Of a DNA stretch of 64,000 bases, positions 33,769 through 48,280 are shown in pieces. The stretch lies in contig NC_086097.1 in NCBI RefSeq assembly GCF_963921235.1, forward strand, positions 101,806,001-101,870,000. Direction: 5' to 3'. Each line of letters begins with the position of its first letter. Positions within the stretch are counted from its first letter, which is position 1. The translations under genes and the position numbers were made by a program. The DNA is from Mobula hypostoma (Eukaryota). The notes beneath the pieces were generated by a model. It did no database searches and had not been told where the DNA came from. It was given only the letters and a program-made list of their open reading frames with translations.

Positions 33769-34674
33769 CCTTAAAAGTTAACCTGCAGGTCAAGTTGGTG
33801 GTGAGGAAGGCAAAAGCAATGTTAACATTCATTTCAAGGGGTCTAGAATACAACAGCAGGGATGTGATACTGAGGTTTTATAAGGCACTGGTGAGGCCTC
33901 ACCTTGAGTATTGTGAACAGTTTTGGGGATCCTTATCTAAGAAAAGTTGTGCTGGCATTGGAGAGGGTTCAGAGGAAGTTCACAAGGATGATTCCAAGAA
34001 CGAAAGGGTTATCATAGGAGGAACATTTGAGTGGCCCTGGGTCTGTACTCATTGGAATTTAGAAGTATGAGGGGGATCTCACTGAAACCTTTTGAATGTT
34101 GAAAGGCCTAGACAGAGTTGATATAGAAAGGATGTTTCCCATGGTGGTGGAGTCTAGCACAAGAGGGCACAGCCTCAGGATAGAGGGGCACCCACTTAAA
34201 ACAGAGATGCGGAGAAATTTATTTAACCAGAGGGTAGTGAACTTGTGGAATTTGTTACCATATGCAGCTGTGGAGGCCAGGTCATTGGGTGAATTTAAGG
34301 CAAAGCTTGATAGGTTCTTGACTGGCCATGGCATCAAAGGTTACACGGGGAAGTGGGAGGTAGGGCCGAGGTGGAGAAAAAGGATCAGCCATTATTGAAT
34401 GAATCAATGGGACAAATGACCTAATTTTGCTCCTATGTCATATGGTCTTCTCAGGCAGGTGGTACAGATTCTAGGTTCAGAAACAGCTGCTTTCAGTTTT
34501 TGACCTACACAAATCTAATCTCACCTCAGCAACAGAAAACCAAGAGCCACATCTTGCACTGTCGTGGACTTGTCTCTGATTGTGTATTTTTTGCACTGAT
34601 GTCTTTCAGCCTTTTTTGCTTCAGTGTCTTGTGTAATTTTTGACCAATTTATGCATAACATATTGTTGTGATAC

Positions 34675-37440
34675 TAGAAACATAGAAATCTACAGCAAAT
34701 TACAGGCCCTTTGGCCCACAATCTGTTCCACACACTCACTATTCTCTGTGTGAAAAACTTACCTCTGACATCCCCCTTGGTCCTACTTCCAAGCACCTTA
34801 AAACTGTGCCCTCTCATGTTAGTCATTTCAGCCCTGGGAAAAAGCCTCTGACTATCCACACGACCAATGCCTCTCATCATCTTATACACCTCTATCAGGT
34901 CACTTCTCATCCTCTGGCACTCCAAGGAGAAAAGACCAAGTTCACTCAACCTATTCTCATAAGGCATGCTTCCCAATCCAGGCAACATCCTTGTAAGTCT
35001 CCTCTGCACTCTCTCTATAGTATCCACATCTTTCCTGTAGTGAGGTGACCAGAACTGAAAACAGTACTCCAAGTGGGGTCTAACTAAGCTCCTATATAGC
35101 TGTAACATTACCTCACGGCTCTTGAACTCAATCCCACGGTTGGTGAATGCCAACACACCATATGCTTTCTTAACAATAATGTCAACATGCACAGTAGGTT
35201 TGAGTGTCCTATGGACACAGACCCCAAGATCTTGCTGATCCTCCACACTGCCAAGAGTCTTACCATTAATATTAAATTTGACCTACCAAAATTAACCACT
35301 TCACACTTATCTGGGTTGAACTCCATGTGCCACTTCTCAGTCCATTCCTGCATCCTATCGATGTCCTGCTGTAACCACTGACAACCCTCCAGACTATCCA
35401 CAACACCCCCAACTTTTGTGTCATCAACAAACTTACTAACCCACCCGTCTATTTCCTCATCCAGGTCATTTATAAAAAATCACAAAGAGGAAGGGTCCCA
35501 GAACAGATCCCTGCGGAAAACCACTGGTCACCATCCTCCATGCAGAATACGAACCATCCACAACCATCCTTTGTCTTCTGTGGTCAAGCCAATTCTGGAT
35601 CCACAAAGCAAGGTCTTCTTGGATCCCATGTCTCATTACTTTCTGAATGAGCCTCACACGGGGAACCTTATCAAATGCCTTACTGAAGTCCATATACACT
35701 ATATCTACTGCACTACCTTGGTTATATCCTCAAAGAATTCAATCAGGGTCATAAGACATGACCTGCCCTTGACAGAGTCATGCTGACTATCCCTAATCAG
35801 ATTATGTCTCTCCAAATGCCCATAAATCCCATCTTTCAGGATCTTCTCTAACAACTTGCCCACCACTGAAGTAAGACCCACTGGTCTATAATTTCCTGGG
35901 TTATCTCTACTCCCTTCCTTGAACAGGGAACAATGTTTGCAACCTTCCAGTCCTCTGGTATTTCTCCTGTCCCTATCGATGATGCAAAGATCATTGCCAG
36001 AGGCTCTGCAATCTCCTCCCTCACTTCCCACATTAGCCTAGGGTATATCTTATCTGGTCCCAGCAACTTATCTTTTCAGAAGTTCCAGCACATCCTCTTT
36101 CTTAATGTCTATACACTCAAGCATTTCAGTCTGCTGCAAGTCATCCCCACAATTGCCAAGGTCCTTTTCCCTGGTGAATACCAAAGCGAATTATACGTTA
36201 AGTACCTCCGCTACCTCCTCCGACTCCATGCACATGTTTCCACTCTCACTCCTGATTGATCATATTCTCACATGGCTCATCCTCTTGCTCTTCACATACA
36301 AAGCCTTGGGGATTTCCTTAATCCTGTCCACCAAGGCCTTCTCATGGCCCCTTCTAGCTCTCCTAATTTCATTCTTCAGCTCCTTCTTGGCACCCTTGTA
36401 ATTTTCTAGAGCTCTAACAGTATCTAGTTTCTTGAACCTATTATAAGCTTTTCTTTTCTTCTTAACTAAATTTTCTACATCCATGTATACCATGGTTATT
36501 TTACCCTACCATCCTTTCCCTGCCTCAATGGAACATACCTATGCAGAACACCATGCAAATGTTCCCTGAACATTTGTCACATGCATTTCCCAGAGAACAT
36601 CTGCTCCCAATTTATGTTCCTAGGTTCTTGCCTAATAGCATCATATTTCCTGTACCCCAATTAAATGTTTTCCCAATTTGTCTGCTCCTATCCCTCTCCA
36701 GCGCTATGGTAAAGGAGTTAGAATTGTGATCACTACCTCCAAAATGCTCTCCCACCGAGAGATCTGACACCTGACCAGATTCATTTCCCAATACCAGATC
36801 AAGTACAGTCTCTCCTCTAGTTGACTTATCTACATATTGCATCAGGAAACCTTCCTGAACACACTTAACAAACTCCAACCCATCTAAACCCCTTGCTCTA
36901 AGGAGATGCCTGTCAATATTAGGAAAGTTAAAATCTCCTATCACAACAACCATATTATTATTGCACCATTCCAGAATTTGTTCCAATGATCCAAGAACTT
37001 GAAACCCTGCCCCCTGCACCATCTTCTCAGCCTCTCATTCATCTGCACTATCTTCCTGTTCTGACCTTCACTAACTCGTGGCACTGGGAGTAACGTGGAG
37101 ATTGGTACCTTGTAGGTCGTGTTCTTCATCCTCCTTCCTAGCTCCCTAAACTTAATGCACAGGACCCCTACTCCTCTCCTGCCTACGTCATTGGTACCAA
37201 CGTGTACCACAACCTCCGGCCACTCAACTTCCCCTTCCAGAATATTCTGCAACCACTCAGAGACACCCTGGACACTAGCACCCGAGAGGCAACACACTAT
37301 CCTGGTGTCTCTTTTGCTGCTGCAGAATCTCCTATCTGTCCCCTTAACTATCAAGTCCCCTATGACTATTACTCTGTTAACTTCTCCCTGCCCTCTGAGG
37401 CTCAGAGTGCCATTGGTCTGGCTGTTGCTGCCTTGCCCAG
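34675..37440 (-). mobile_element. CR1 LINE with internal deletions (ORF1 esterase, partial APE, RT)
   Basis: ORFs 36941..37486 (IGD.IV..CCLSGA..HVGTND), 36612..37022 (GDFNFP..LDLVL), 35466..35699 (DFSKAFDKV..PQGSVLGP) and 34674..35246. (ttctatgt) tail. Confidence 0.9.
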
Positions 37441-39744
37441 ATAGAGATGCAAGATTTTGTACCTGCACACATGACAATAAAGTCAACTTGACTTGAGAAG
37501 TAAAGGAAGTACTTTCGTCATTTCTTATGCCTCTTCATTTGGTTGGTCTCCATTCTGCACTGATTTTGCCTTACATTTGTTTCTTCTTAGTTTTTTTCAG
37601 AAGCTCAGAAAGAAGAGCAGAATTGGGCCATAAGTCTTCGGTTATGTGCAACCATTGATCTGATCTCGGCCTCAACTCCACTTTCCAGTTCCAGCAACTT
37701 CTCAGCTCTCCTAAAGCCAAAACACCAAACTCAGCTTCCCATGAACAGGCACCCACAGTCCTCAGAGGCTGAAAAATCCAAAGGTTCCAGGACACATTAC
37801 TTCTCACATTGCCGTGATTGAACCATTCCTAAACTGCAGGAGGCTGCTCAACGTCCATGCCAGGTACATCAGACTCAAAAACAGTTACTTTCCCCAAGCA
37901 GTAAGGCTCCACCCACCAACGCCACCACTAGAAGTCATTGTGTTTTATTATCACTGTGTCCTTTGTGGAGTTTGCGAGGATTTTTTGCGCTGCATCGGAT
38001 CCAAAGAAACAATTATTTCATTCCCCTTTACACTTGTGTGCAGGAAATGACAATAAATAATCTTGAGAGAGGAAGTAGACTAATTTTGCTGAATGACTTG
38101 ATTCTGCTCCAATGTCCTATCCTCGTCCCCTCAGCTTAGCCTTTCTGAGGTTATGCCAGTTATCCATGTCCACTGTTGGCATCTGGACCTCTTGTTCAGG
38201 TACGAATAATCCCATAAACAGAAGGAGCTTAAGGATAACTGAACCCCCATTAGATGTTCTCCACATCAGGGAAACCTAATGCAAGTATGGTGACTACGTT
38301 ACACAACACCACTAGAGCAACCCTAATGAGCCGACCCTACTCCAATTACAAGTCAAGGTAGAAGGTGATCTGAGCAGCTGGAAGTTTCAACATTTTTGTC
38401 TTTTTGGTGTCTGATATTTTGCTTTGGGGGGGGGTGCTTGCATTACATGGGGTTGTTTTGGTTATGAGGTAGGAGCAGGAATTTCATCTGGGACTCTGTG
38501 AGATATTGGTCACAAGTTAGAGGGATATCAGCACTTGCAAGAGGAGGAGGAGAGACAGAATAGAAGAATGAGAGGACGGAGCAGTACAAGGTTGATGATG
38601 GGTCCAGGAATCGGGGCATTGCCAACTAGTTAGCTTATGAGAGGGATTGGTTAAGGAATCTGGGGTTAATGGACAGGGTGTGTGTGGAGAGGGTAACTGG
38701 GGAGAGCAGTAGGCCTGGGAAAGGAGGTAAGGGATCAGAGGGAAGGTAGAAGTTGAAAGACAGGAGATGGGAGATAGAGAGGCAATTGCAAGGAAGCTAG
38801 AAGGGGAGATAGAGGGGCGAGAGGTGATAGGACGGGAAATGAGAAGGGGGTGAAGGGTGACAGGAGGAGAGATGGGTAAAGGAAGGGCTGAGGGGAGGTA
38901 GTAAGGGATATGGGTGATGGGAAGAGAAGAATGGTCATGGTACAGGTGGGAGTGTTGTGGAACTGGAGAAAGAAAAGTTCAGAATGACGTAAGGTTTACT
39001 GACCCAAGTGTTACTGAACAAAGCTCCAACACCAGACTATCTGATTTTGGCTGCTAGGAAAAAGGAACGCTTAAGTTGCAGTGAAATTAACCCAGAGCCT
39101 ACAGTTGCATCCCTCAACATGAACACAGGGTGGGACGCGCACTCCCAGCACCCTGGACCCCCAGTTACATCACAGCTGCCTCTAACCCGAACTCCATTCA
39201 CTCTTAAGTGTCTCCCAGTCCACAGACCTGACAAGGCTAAGTGTGCTTTTTCAAGAACAGAGATCCAATGAACACTCATGGCTTTCCAGAGCTGCCACCT
39301 GGAGGGCAAGGCTCATTTTTCGTAACCTCCAGAAACGGGAATGGATCAGGCTGTGCCTGGTGATCTCGGGGAAAACTACTAAATAGCTTCAGGTCTACCG
39401 TGTCATTCTATCTCCGCTCCTCTACATTCCCAATTGCTTATCCAGCTGCCTGTTATTAGGTTAAATCTGTTTAAATTTAATTTGGGGGCCCTTGAGAAAC
39501 ACAATCCTAAGATTGGGGAGGACCAGGCTGATAGACAACGGATTTAGAGAGTAGATAAAACAGCCACATTGCATTTCCTCAGTCAAATTTCATTACAGTC
39601 TTGGAGCTCATCCAGTCAACCTCATCTATCCCAGCTCTCAGAAAAATTCCATCCCATTCCTCTGCTTATTTCCCATGAACTATTCTCTTACATTTTCCCA
39701 GCAACTCCTTGCTACCACCTACACCACAGGGAATTTACAGCGGA

Positions 39745-40790
39745 CATAGACCATAGACTATAAGACAAAGAGGCAGAATTAGGCCATTTGGCCCATCGAG
39801 TCTGTTCCACCATTCAATTAAGCTGATTTATTATCTCCCTAACCCCACTCTACTGCTTCTCTCCGTAACCCTTGTTGCCCATTTTAATCAACAACCGACC
39901 AATGACCTACCTCCACAGCTGTCTGTGACAACCAATACCACAGATTCCCCACTCTCCGGATGCAGAAATTCCTCCTCATCTCTGTTCTAAAGGGATGCCC
40001 CTGCATTCTGAGGCTGTGCCCTCTGGTCCAAGGCTCCTCTGCTGTCGGAAAACATCCTCTCCATGTCTATTCTATCCAGGTCTATCGATATTCAATAGGT
40101 TTCAATGAGATCCCACTTCATTCTTCTAAACTCCAGTGAGTACAGGCCCAGAGCCATCAAATGTTCCTTATACCTTCACCTTTTCATTCCTGGGATCATC
40201 CTTGTCAACATGCTCTGATGCCAGCACATCCTCTCTTAGATCATTCTTTCATTATGTGCTGTGTTGTATGACCTAGGCAATCATGGACTTTCCATGACCA
40301 TGATTGTTTCTGGCGAATCTTTCTACAGGAGTCGTTTGCCATTGCCTTCTTCTGGGAAGTGTCTTTCTTAGATAAGGGGCCCAAAACTGCTCATACTACT
40401 CCAAGTGTGGCCTGACTAATGCATTATAAAGCCTCAGCATTACATCCCTGCTTTTACATTCTTGTCCTCTTGAAATGAATGCTAACATTGCATTTACCTT
40501 CCTTACTACTGACTCAATGTGCAAGTTCAGGTGCAACATGCTACGTACATGTTCTCCCTTTGCACCTCTGATTTCTGAATTTTCTCCCCATTTGGAAAAT
40601 AGTCTATGCCTTTATTCCTTCTCTTAAAGTGCATGACCATATACTTCCCTGCACTACATTCTATCTGCCACTTCTTTGCCCATTCTCATAATCTATCTAA
40701 GTCCTTCTGCAGAGACCCTGCTTCCTCAACATTCTTGGCCCCTTCCACCTACCTCCATTTTGTCTGCAAACCTGGCCACAAAGCTACCAA
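39745..40790 (-). mobile_element. Decayed CR1 3' portion
   Basis: Reverse-complement match to the CR1 3' UTR and RT C-terminus of the 12040-18887 family. Confidence 0.8.
40242..40365 (-). mobile_element. Short RTE/BovB-related (Sauria-SINE-like) insertion
   Basis: Contains gtttgccattgccttct. Flanked by 8-bp TSD tcttagat (40234-40241, 40366-40373). Confidence 0.55.
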
Positions 40791-40964
40791 TTCCATCAAC
40801 CTATCAATCTTACGTCTTTCAGATGCAGGAGGAATCCAGAGCACCCAGAGGAAACCCACCACCTGCTCCAACACATTGCTGCCCTGTACCAAAAGTACCA
40901 GTCTATTTTATGTAACTGATAGAAGTATATCAACATTATAAAAGGCTTGGATAGGAGGGTAAGT

Positions 40965-41388
40965 AAGAACTTGGCCTTTTCTCCCTGGAGCGACAGAGGA
41001 TGAGAGGTGACCTGATGGAGGTGTATAAGATGATGAGAGGCATTGATCGTGTGGATAGTCAGAGGCTTTTTTCCAGGGCTGAAATGGCTAACACGAGTGG
41101 GCATAGTTTTAAGGTGCTTGGAAATAGGTACCGAGGGGATGTCAGGGGTAAGCTTTTCAGACAGAGGGCGGTGAGTGTGTGGAATGCACTGCCGGCAGTG
41201 GTGGTGGAAGCGGATACAATAGGGTTTTTTAAGAGCCTCTTAGATCGGTACATGGAGCTTAGAAAAATAGAGGCCTATGCGGTAGGGAAATTCTAGGCAG
41301 TTTCTAGAGTAGGTTATATGGTCGGCACAATATTGTAGGCCGAAGGGCCTGTAATGTGCTGTAAATTTCTATGCTCTATGTTCTATGA
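40965..41388 (+). mobile_element. CR1 3' fragment
   Basis: ORF 41000..41296 MRGDLMEVYKMMRGIDRVD...WNALP with a ttctatgctctatgttctatg tail. Confidence 0.88.
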
Positions 41389-41629
41389 TAGAAAGAATCT
41401 TTCTCCAATGGTAGGGGCATTAGAAACAAGATGGCATAGGTTTATGGTGAGGAGTTTTAAAGAGCATTTGAGGTCAGGGTTGGTTGAGGACTTCAAGTTC
41501 TTCTGTGTAAACATCACCATTAGCCTGCCCTGGTTAAACCAGGCAGACACACTGGCCAGCACCTCTACTTCCCGTTGACCCTCACCAAATCTTACAGACG
41601 CACTACAGAGAGCATCGTATCCTATCTGG

Positions 41630-42550
41630 ATGCAACAGGAGGAGGAGAGCTAGTGCTGGAGGAGCCTCAGCCCCTGAGCTTGTCCAACAGATCTGAGGTT
41701 GCTGCTCCCTATAAGGATGAGAGTGGGAGCTGTAGGAAAGATGAGAAACCAAACTGTAGCACCATGGGTTAGGGAGCCATTCGAGGGGTGGGGAGGGTGT
41801 GAAAAGAAGAGAAGTGTAGTTGTAATTGAGGATAATATATTCAAGGGAATAGACACAGTTCTCTATTGCAAGGATCGAGAGTCCCGAAGGCTGTGTTGTC
41901 TGCCTGGTACCCAGGTTCGGGGCGTCTCATCTGACCTACAGAGGAATTTGGAGTGGGAGGGAAAGACCCAGTTGTCGTGGTCCTTGTGGGTACCAGTGTC
42001 ACAAGAAGAGCAGGGAAAGAGGTTCTGCTGACAATATTTGGGCAGCTAGTCACTAAATTAAAACACAGAACCAAAAAGAAAATTAACTCTGGATTGTTAT
42101 CGGAGTCACGTGCAAATTGGCACAGAGCTAATAAAATCAGAGAGGTAAATATGTGGTGTGACAGAAGTGTGTCTGAATTTGTGGGACATTGCCACCAGTA
42201 TTGGGGAAGGATGAGATAGCCTTCACCTGAACCACCCCCTGGTGAATGTCATAACTAGGGGTGTAGGTAAGGCTTTCAACTAAATACTAAATAGGAGGGA
42301 GTCGGTTCAACGGCTTGGAATAGTGTGGACAAACAAAAGGGAAGGAGTGGTGAGTGAAAGATTACTGAAGTCGCTAGAATAAAGAATAAGACAAAAAGTT
42401 TGGGAAGGGTTAAGAATTTAACTTCAGGCAATGTAGAGACAAAATTGAAAATGGAAGTGAAAACAGGACTGACTGAATGTGATTTTGCAGCATAGTTAAA
42501 ACTGGCAGGTATGAAGTTGTGAGTATTACTGAGTTATGGCTGAAAGACAA
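41630..42550 (+). mobile_element. Degenerate CR1 ORF1 (esterase) to ORF2 start fragment
   Basis: VVVIED.I.KGID....RRLCCLPG.QVR and SGLLSE.RANWHR..KIREVN remnants. Confidence 0.65.
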
Positions 42551-42834
42551 CCAGGCCCAAGTACAGTTTCTATCCCTCTTATCAGGCTCTCGCACTCTAA
42601 AAGATGAACTTGACCTCGCAATCAACTTCGTGTCCTTTGCACTTCAGTTGCCTAGCTACATTGCACTCTCCTTGTAACTGTAACACTTCATTCTGCATTC
42701 TATTTCTATCAAATGCTGATATTTTTAGTAAATGGAAAATGCTGGAAACATTTCCAGCATGTTCTGTTTTACTTCCGAACTTTTGGGAAATTATACTTTC
42801 ACTCTTCTCACCATGTTACGCCCAGGAATGCATT

Positions 42835-44045
42835 TCATAGAACATAGAACGCAGACTCTTCAACCGACCATGTTGTGCTCACCTTGTAACCTACTCTGAA
42901 TTCAATCTAACTCTTCCTCCATGCTTCTATCATCCATATGCCTAATCATTTCTAAAATGCCCCAAATGTATCTGAATGTACCTCCACCCTTGGCAAGCAC
43001 TCCACACACCCACCACTCCCTGCATTAAGAACTTACTGTACTTCTGACGTTGCCTTGTACTTTTCTCAAATCACCTTAAAATGATGCCCTCTTGTATTAA
43101 CTATTTCCGCCCTGGGAAAAAGTCTCTGGCTGTCCACTCTATCTCCACCTCTCATCATCTTGTGTATCTCTATCAAGTCACCACTCACCCCCCGTCGCTC
43201 CAAAGAGAAAAACCCTAGTCCACTCAACCTAATTTCATCAGCCATGCCGTCTAGTCCATAACACTATAAGATATAGGAGCAGAATTAGGCCATTTGGCCC
43301 TTCGAGTCTGCACCACCATTTCATCATGGCTGATCCAATTTTCCTTTCAGCCCCAAATTCCTGCCTTCTCCCCATATTCCTCCATGCCCTGACAAATCAA
43401 GAACCTATCAACTTCTGCCTTAAGTATACATGAAGTCTTCCACAGATTCATTGCTCTCTGGCTAAAGAAATTCCTCATCTCCATTCTAAAAGGATGCCTC
43501 TCTATTCTGAGGCTGTATCCTCTGGTCTCAGATTCTCCCATCATTGGAAACATGACTCACCACAGTCGAGGCAGCATTCTGATTAACCTCCTCTGCACCT
43601 TCTCTAAAGCTTTCACGTTGTTCCTATAATGAGGCAACCAGAACTGACCACAATATTCCAAGTGTGGTCTAACTAGGGTCTTATAGATTTTCAACATGAC
43701 CTCACAACTCTTGAACTCAATTCCCCAAATAATGAAGGCCAACACACCATATGCCCTCTTAACAAACTTATCAATTTCCGCTGCAACTTTAAGGAATCTA
43801 TGAACGTGAATCCCAAGATCCCTCTATTCCTCCACACGGCCAAGAATCCAGCCATTAACCCTGTATTTTGCCTTCAAATTCGACCTTCCAAAGGGAATCA
43901 CTTCACACACTTCCAGACTGAACTTCATCTGCTACTTCTCAGTCCAGCCCTTCATCCTGTCAATGTCCTGTTGCAACCCATAACAATCTCCACACTATCC
44001 ACAGCTCCACCAGCCTATGTACCATCTGCAAACTTACTTGCATCT
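42835..44045 (-). mobile_element. CR1 3' portion with a second CR1 3' end (about 43257-43555) nested inside
   Basis: ORFs 43557..43745(-) and 43347..43553(-). Two separate CR1 tails. Confidence 0.8.
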
Positions 44046-44399
44046 TGAAAACTATTTTGTTTTTTGACAGAGGCACAGGAGACTGTAGTTGCTGGAATCT
44101 GGAGCAAGACACTAGATGCTGGAGGAATTCGGTGGGTCAGGCAGCATCTGTGGACAGTCAGCGTTTCAAGTTGAAATGCTTCAGCTGGACTGGTCTTGAA
44201 AGATATCGATCTAAAATATCGATCGCCCATTTTCTTTCATTTCATGAGTTGCCATTGACAGAGAAATATCTGAACTCTTTCACAGGAAACAGAACAGAAC
44301 ACTGCAGCACAGGATTGGTTCCTTTGGCCTACGTTGTTTGTGCTGAACATGATACGAATTAATCTAATCCCTTCTGCCTGTTGTATACTAGTTATATGT

Positions 44400-45516
44400 T
44401 ATATAATTTGATTTCCAGAAGGAGTTTGATAAAGTGCCACATGAAAGACTTATCTATATAGAAAGAATGTATGGAGTTGGAGTAATGTATTGGCATGGAT
44501 AGAGGACTGGTTAACCAACAGAAGTCAAAAAGTTGGGATAAATGGATGTACCTCTGGTTGGCAGTAAGTGATGAGCAGAATACTTGGCGCATGACTGTTC
44601 ACGTTCTACATTAACGATTTGGAAGAAGGGACTGAATGTAGTGTAGTGTATCTAAGTTTGTTGATGACACTACATTTAGTGTAAAAGAAAATTGTGCCGA
44701 TGATGCAGAGAGCCTGCAGATACTGTAGGATTAAGTGTGTTGGCAAGTGCCTGTAAGAGGGAGTACAAAGCTGGTAGATGGAAAGCCATCTCATTTGGAA
44801 GAAAAAATAGAAGGTAAATTTTAATTTAATTGGTGAAAGATTGCGACATGCTGTTGTGCCGGGGGCCTGGGAGTGCTTGCATATGAATTGCAGGTGCAAA
44901 AGGGATTTTGGCCTTCTTAGCTAAAGGGATTGAATTTACAAGCAGGGAGGTTATACAACTGTACAGGGTACTGGTGAGGCCACATCTGGAATACTGCATG
45001 CAGTTCTTGTCTCATTACTTGAGGAAGGATATACTGGCTTTAGAGGTTCACCAGGCTGTTTCCAGAAATGAGGGGGTTAGGCAATGAGGAGAGACTGAGT
45101 TGCCTGGAACTCTACTTGCTGAATGAGAGGGGAACTTATAGAAACATATAAAATTATGAAAGCAATTGCTAAGGTGGAGGGAGGAACGTTGTCTCCATCG
45201 GTAGGAAAGACTAAAACTCGGGACATGGCCTTGAAGCTCTGGGAATAATAGATTTAGGGCAGAGATGAAGATGACATGCTTTTCCCAGAGGGGAGTGAAA
45301 CTGTGGAATTCTCTCCCCAGGGAGGCAGTAGAGGGTACCTCTTTAAATATATTTAAGACACAGCTAGAGAGAATTTTCCATAGTGGGGGAATTGAGGGTT
45401 ATGGGGAAAAGGCAGGGAAGTGGAGCTGAGTCCACAGCCAGATCATTCGTGAGAACATTGAATGGTGCAGCCTGCCTGATTGGCTTAATGGCCAACCTTG
45501 CTCTTATGTTCTTATG
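44400..45516 (+). mobile_element. Degenerate CR1 RT and 3' UTR
   Basis: DFQK.FDKVPH, INDLEEG, KFVDDT, LYRVLVRPHLEYC remnants and a cttatgttcttatg tail. Confidence 0.8.
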
Positions 45517-45899
45517 AAGGTGAGTATGCCATATGCCTTCGTTACCACTCTCTCTGCTTGAATTGCCACTTTCAGGGAGCAACGGACTTGGATCCTTTTG
45601 AACGAGGGGCTGGTGTGCCTCCTGAATGAGGGTTCCTACCGGTCAGATAGTAATAGGACTAGTGCCCAGCACACACAGCAATCCGGCAAGAGCTGCCCAT
45701 CAGGAACAGCTGTTAATACAAGCAGTTGGTGTGGTGAGGTCCAAGGGAACCACCGTATAGACAAAGCAACAACTTGGCTCCATACTTCACTCTTACTATC
45801 CCAAAGGAGGGTGTCCCAGACCATAAGTTACTATAGCAGCCTGCTGGTCAGGCCTTATAGGAGAGGTTGATCCCTACCAACGTATCCTAGTATCCCTTT

Positions 45900-46140
45900 A
45901 TAACAGAGACGAGGAGGAATTTTTTTCAGCCAGAGAGTGATGAATCTGTGGTTTTCGTTGTCATAGACAGTGGTGGAGGCCAGGTCAGTGGGTGTATTTA
46001 AAGAAGAGAATGATAGGATCTTGATTCGTCAGGACACCAAAGGTTACAGGGGGAAGGCAGAAGAATGGGAGGAGTCATAAATCAGACATGGAGCAGACTT
46101 GATGGGCTGAATGGCCTAATTCTGCCCATCTGTCTCCTGG
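45900..46140 (+). mobile_element. CR1 3' end fragment
   Basis: RRNFFSQRV.NLW remnant followed by the 3' stem-loop region. Confidence 0.75.
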
Positions 46141-47654
46141 GCATACATTGAGGTGGACGAATGCAGAATACGGTGTTACAGTTAGAGAAAAGGTGCAGTG
46201 CATGCAGACACAGAGAGATAAACTGGGAGGTTAAGAGATCATCTTTGAGGGTACAGGGTAGGTCATTTGAGGTCCTGGTAACAAGGGGCTGGAAGACGTC
46301 CTTGAACCTGGTGGTCTGTACTCTCTCTAGCCACTATGCTGCCTGATGGGAGAGAGAAGAAGAGAATATAGCCAGGATTGGAGGAATCTTTGATTATGTT
46401 AGTTGCTTTTGTGAGGCAACAATTGATTAAAGTCTATAATGTTATGAGGACAGACTGCAGGAAATATCAGAGGTAGATAAACCAGAGAACACATATTTAG
46501 GATAAGGGAGAAGAGATTGAACGTGGATCTTCTGCACTCACCCACAGAGTGGTGTGTAACTGGAACGGACCAACCAATAGAATGGTTGGAGCAGAGTCGC
46601 CAGCAGCGTTTAAGCCAAACATTTGAATTGTCCAGATTTAGAGATATATGAAATAAGTCCTTAAGGATGAGGTTGACTAGTCGGCATTGACGTGGTGGGC
46701 AAAATAGCCAGTATCTATGCTGTGAGCCTGTTCCCAGTGTAAATCCAACACTAACTGAATTGAACAGTAAGAATAATGAAAGCTAGACCCTACGCTATAG
46801 AAAGGAAGCTTTACAGCCGATCACAGATGAGAGGACAGACTAAACCAGGCAGGGCGAGGATATTCAGACAGAGGAAGGGAGAAATAACTGAGTATAAATG
46901 AATGGTCTGGGTAGGATGAACAAGAAGAGCATTTCCTTTCACAAAGTAAGCAACATTCAGGAGAAACAGCCATCTGCTAATTAATTGAAGGATCAGGGTG
47001 GCTGAGGAACAAACTCAATGAGTATCAGGAGTCTGAAACTCAATACCAGGAAAGGTGGTGGTGGCAGAAACCCTCCTCATATCTGAGCAGTGCCTGGATG
47101 AGCCCCTGGAGAGCCCTGGCCTGAGAACCGTGAAGTGGGACAAGCACAAATCTTTAGCCAATATGGCACAGTGGCCCAAATATCCTCCTTCTATGCATTA
47201 AGTTGCTACGATTCCAAAGGACAAATTTTCTTATAGGCCCAGGGGCATTGACACAAATCTTGGCACAATACTGATAGGATTCTAAGTATAATGTTACTGT
47301 GATGTGACCATTATAATTTGGACTGACTCCAAAGCACTGGTATCATGTAGCGTACTCAGATTAATTCATGGTCAGCAGAACTGTACTCGATTTAATCTCC
47401 TGTTCAAAAGACTTGCTCTATGTGCCAGGTCTACACCAGGAGGCAATGGATGCAATAAAGATAAAAGAGCTTTGTATTTGAAACTGCCTTTCACAACCTC
47501 AAGATATTGCAAGAGGCAATAATGAAGCTCTCTGTGGTATACTTACATAACAGCAGAAATGCTGACACAAATTTAATTCAGCACATCCCATGGCCACCAG
47601 CCTGCATTAAAGATCTGATAACCTGCTTCATGATGTTCTTTAAATAGAGGCAAA

Positions 47655-48280
47655 GAATTACACAGCATAGAAACCGGCTCTTCAGTCCAACTCAGCCAAG
47701 TCACCTGCCTGCATTGCTCTTATTTGCCTATATTTGATCCTTATACCTTTAAACCAGGGCTTCCCAACCTGGGGTTCACGGCATTAAAAAATCTGGTAAT
47801 CGCTGCCTGCAACCTCAGCCTCCTGTTCTCCAGAGAAATAGGTTTCAGCCTATCCAAGCTCACCATATAACTCAAGCCCTCCATTCCAGTAACATCCCCA
47901 TGAATGCCTCCTGGACCCCTTACAGCTTAACAACATCCTTCCTACGGCTAGGTAACCTGAACTGCACACAAATGTAGTATCACTAATATCTTGTAGAATC
48001 GTAACTTGTACTTAATGTCTGACCAATGAAAGCAAGTGTCTTCCTCACTATCCTCACACCCACCCCGTTTAGCTGTGTCACCACTTCCAAATAACTGTGC
48101 ACTTGCATCCACAGGTCTCTCTGTTCTACAACCTTTGCCAGAGCCTTGCCATTTGTTGTGCAACTCCTGCCCCAGTTGAACTTAGCAAAATTTCACACGA
48201 GTTAAATTGCATCTGCCATTCCTTGGCCCACTTCCCCAGTTGATCTAGATCCTGCTGCCTAATTTGCTTCACTGTCCATA
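47655..48280 (-). mobile_element. Degenerate CR1 fragment
   Basis: ORF 48126..48308(-) QQDLDQLGKWAKEWQMQFN. CR1 tail near 47660. Confidence 0.7.

Larger units (their letters stand above)
26570..34449 (+). mobile_element. Near full-length decayed CR1 LINE (same family as 12040-18887) with nested insertions
   Basis: Homologous 5' UTR, ORF1 esterase remnants, WVELRNCKGKRTL..YRPP..GDFN, GPDELHPRVL, SGV.Q.S.LGPLLF, RT C-terminus and 3' UTR. Confidence 0.9.

Noticed and set aside
38640..38990. Purine-rich tract and ORF 38735..38938
   Set aside because: Low-complexity GA-rich sequence, possibly a very old PLE tail, too degenerate to call.
45598..45890. Possible LTR/viral coding fragment
   Set aside because: No convincing motif in any frame. 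Left unassigned.
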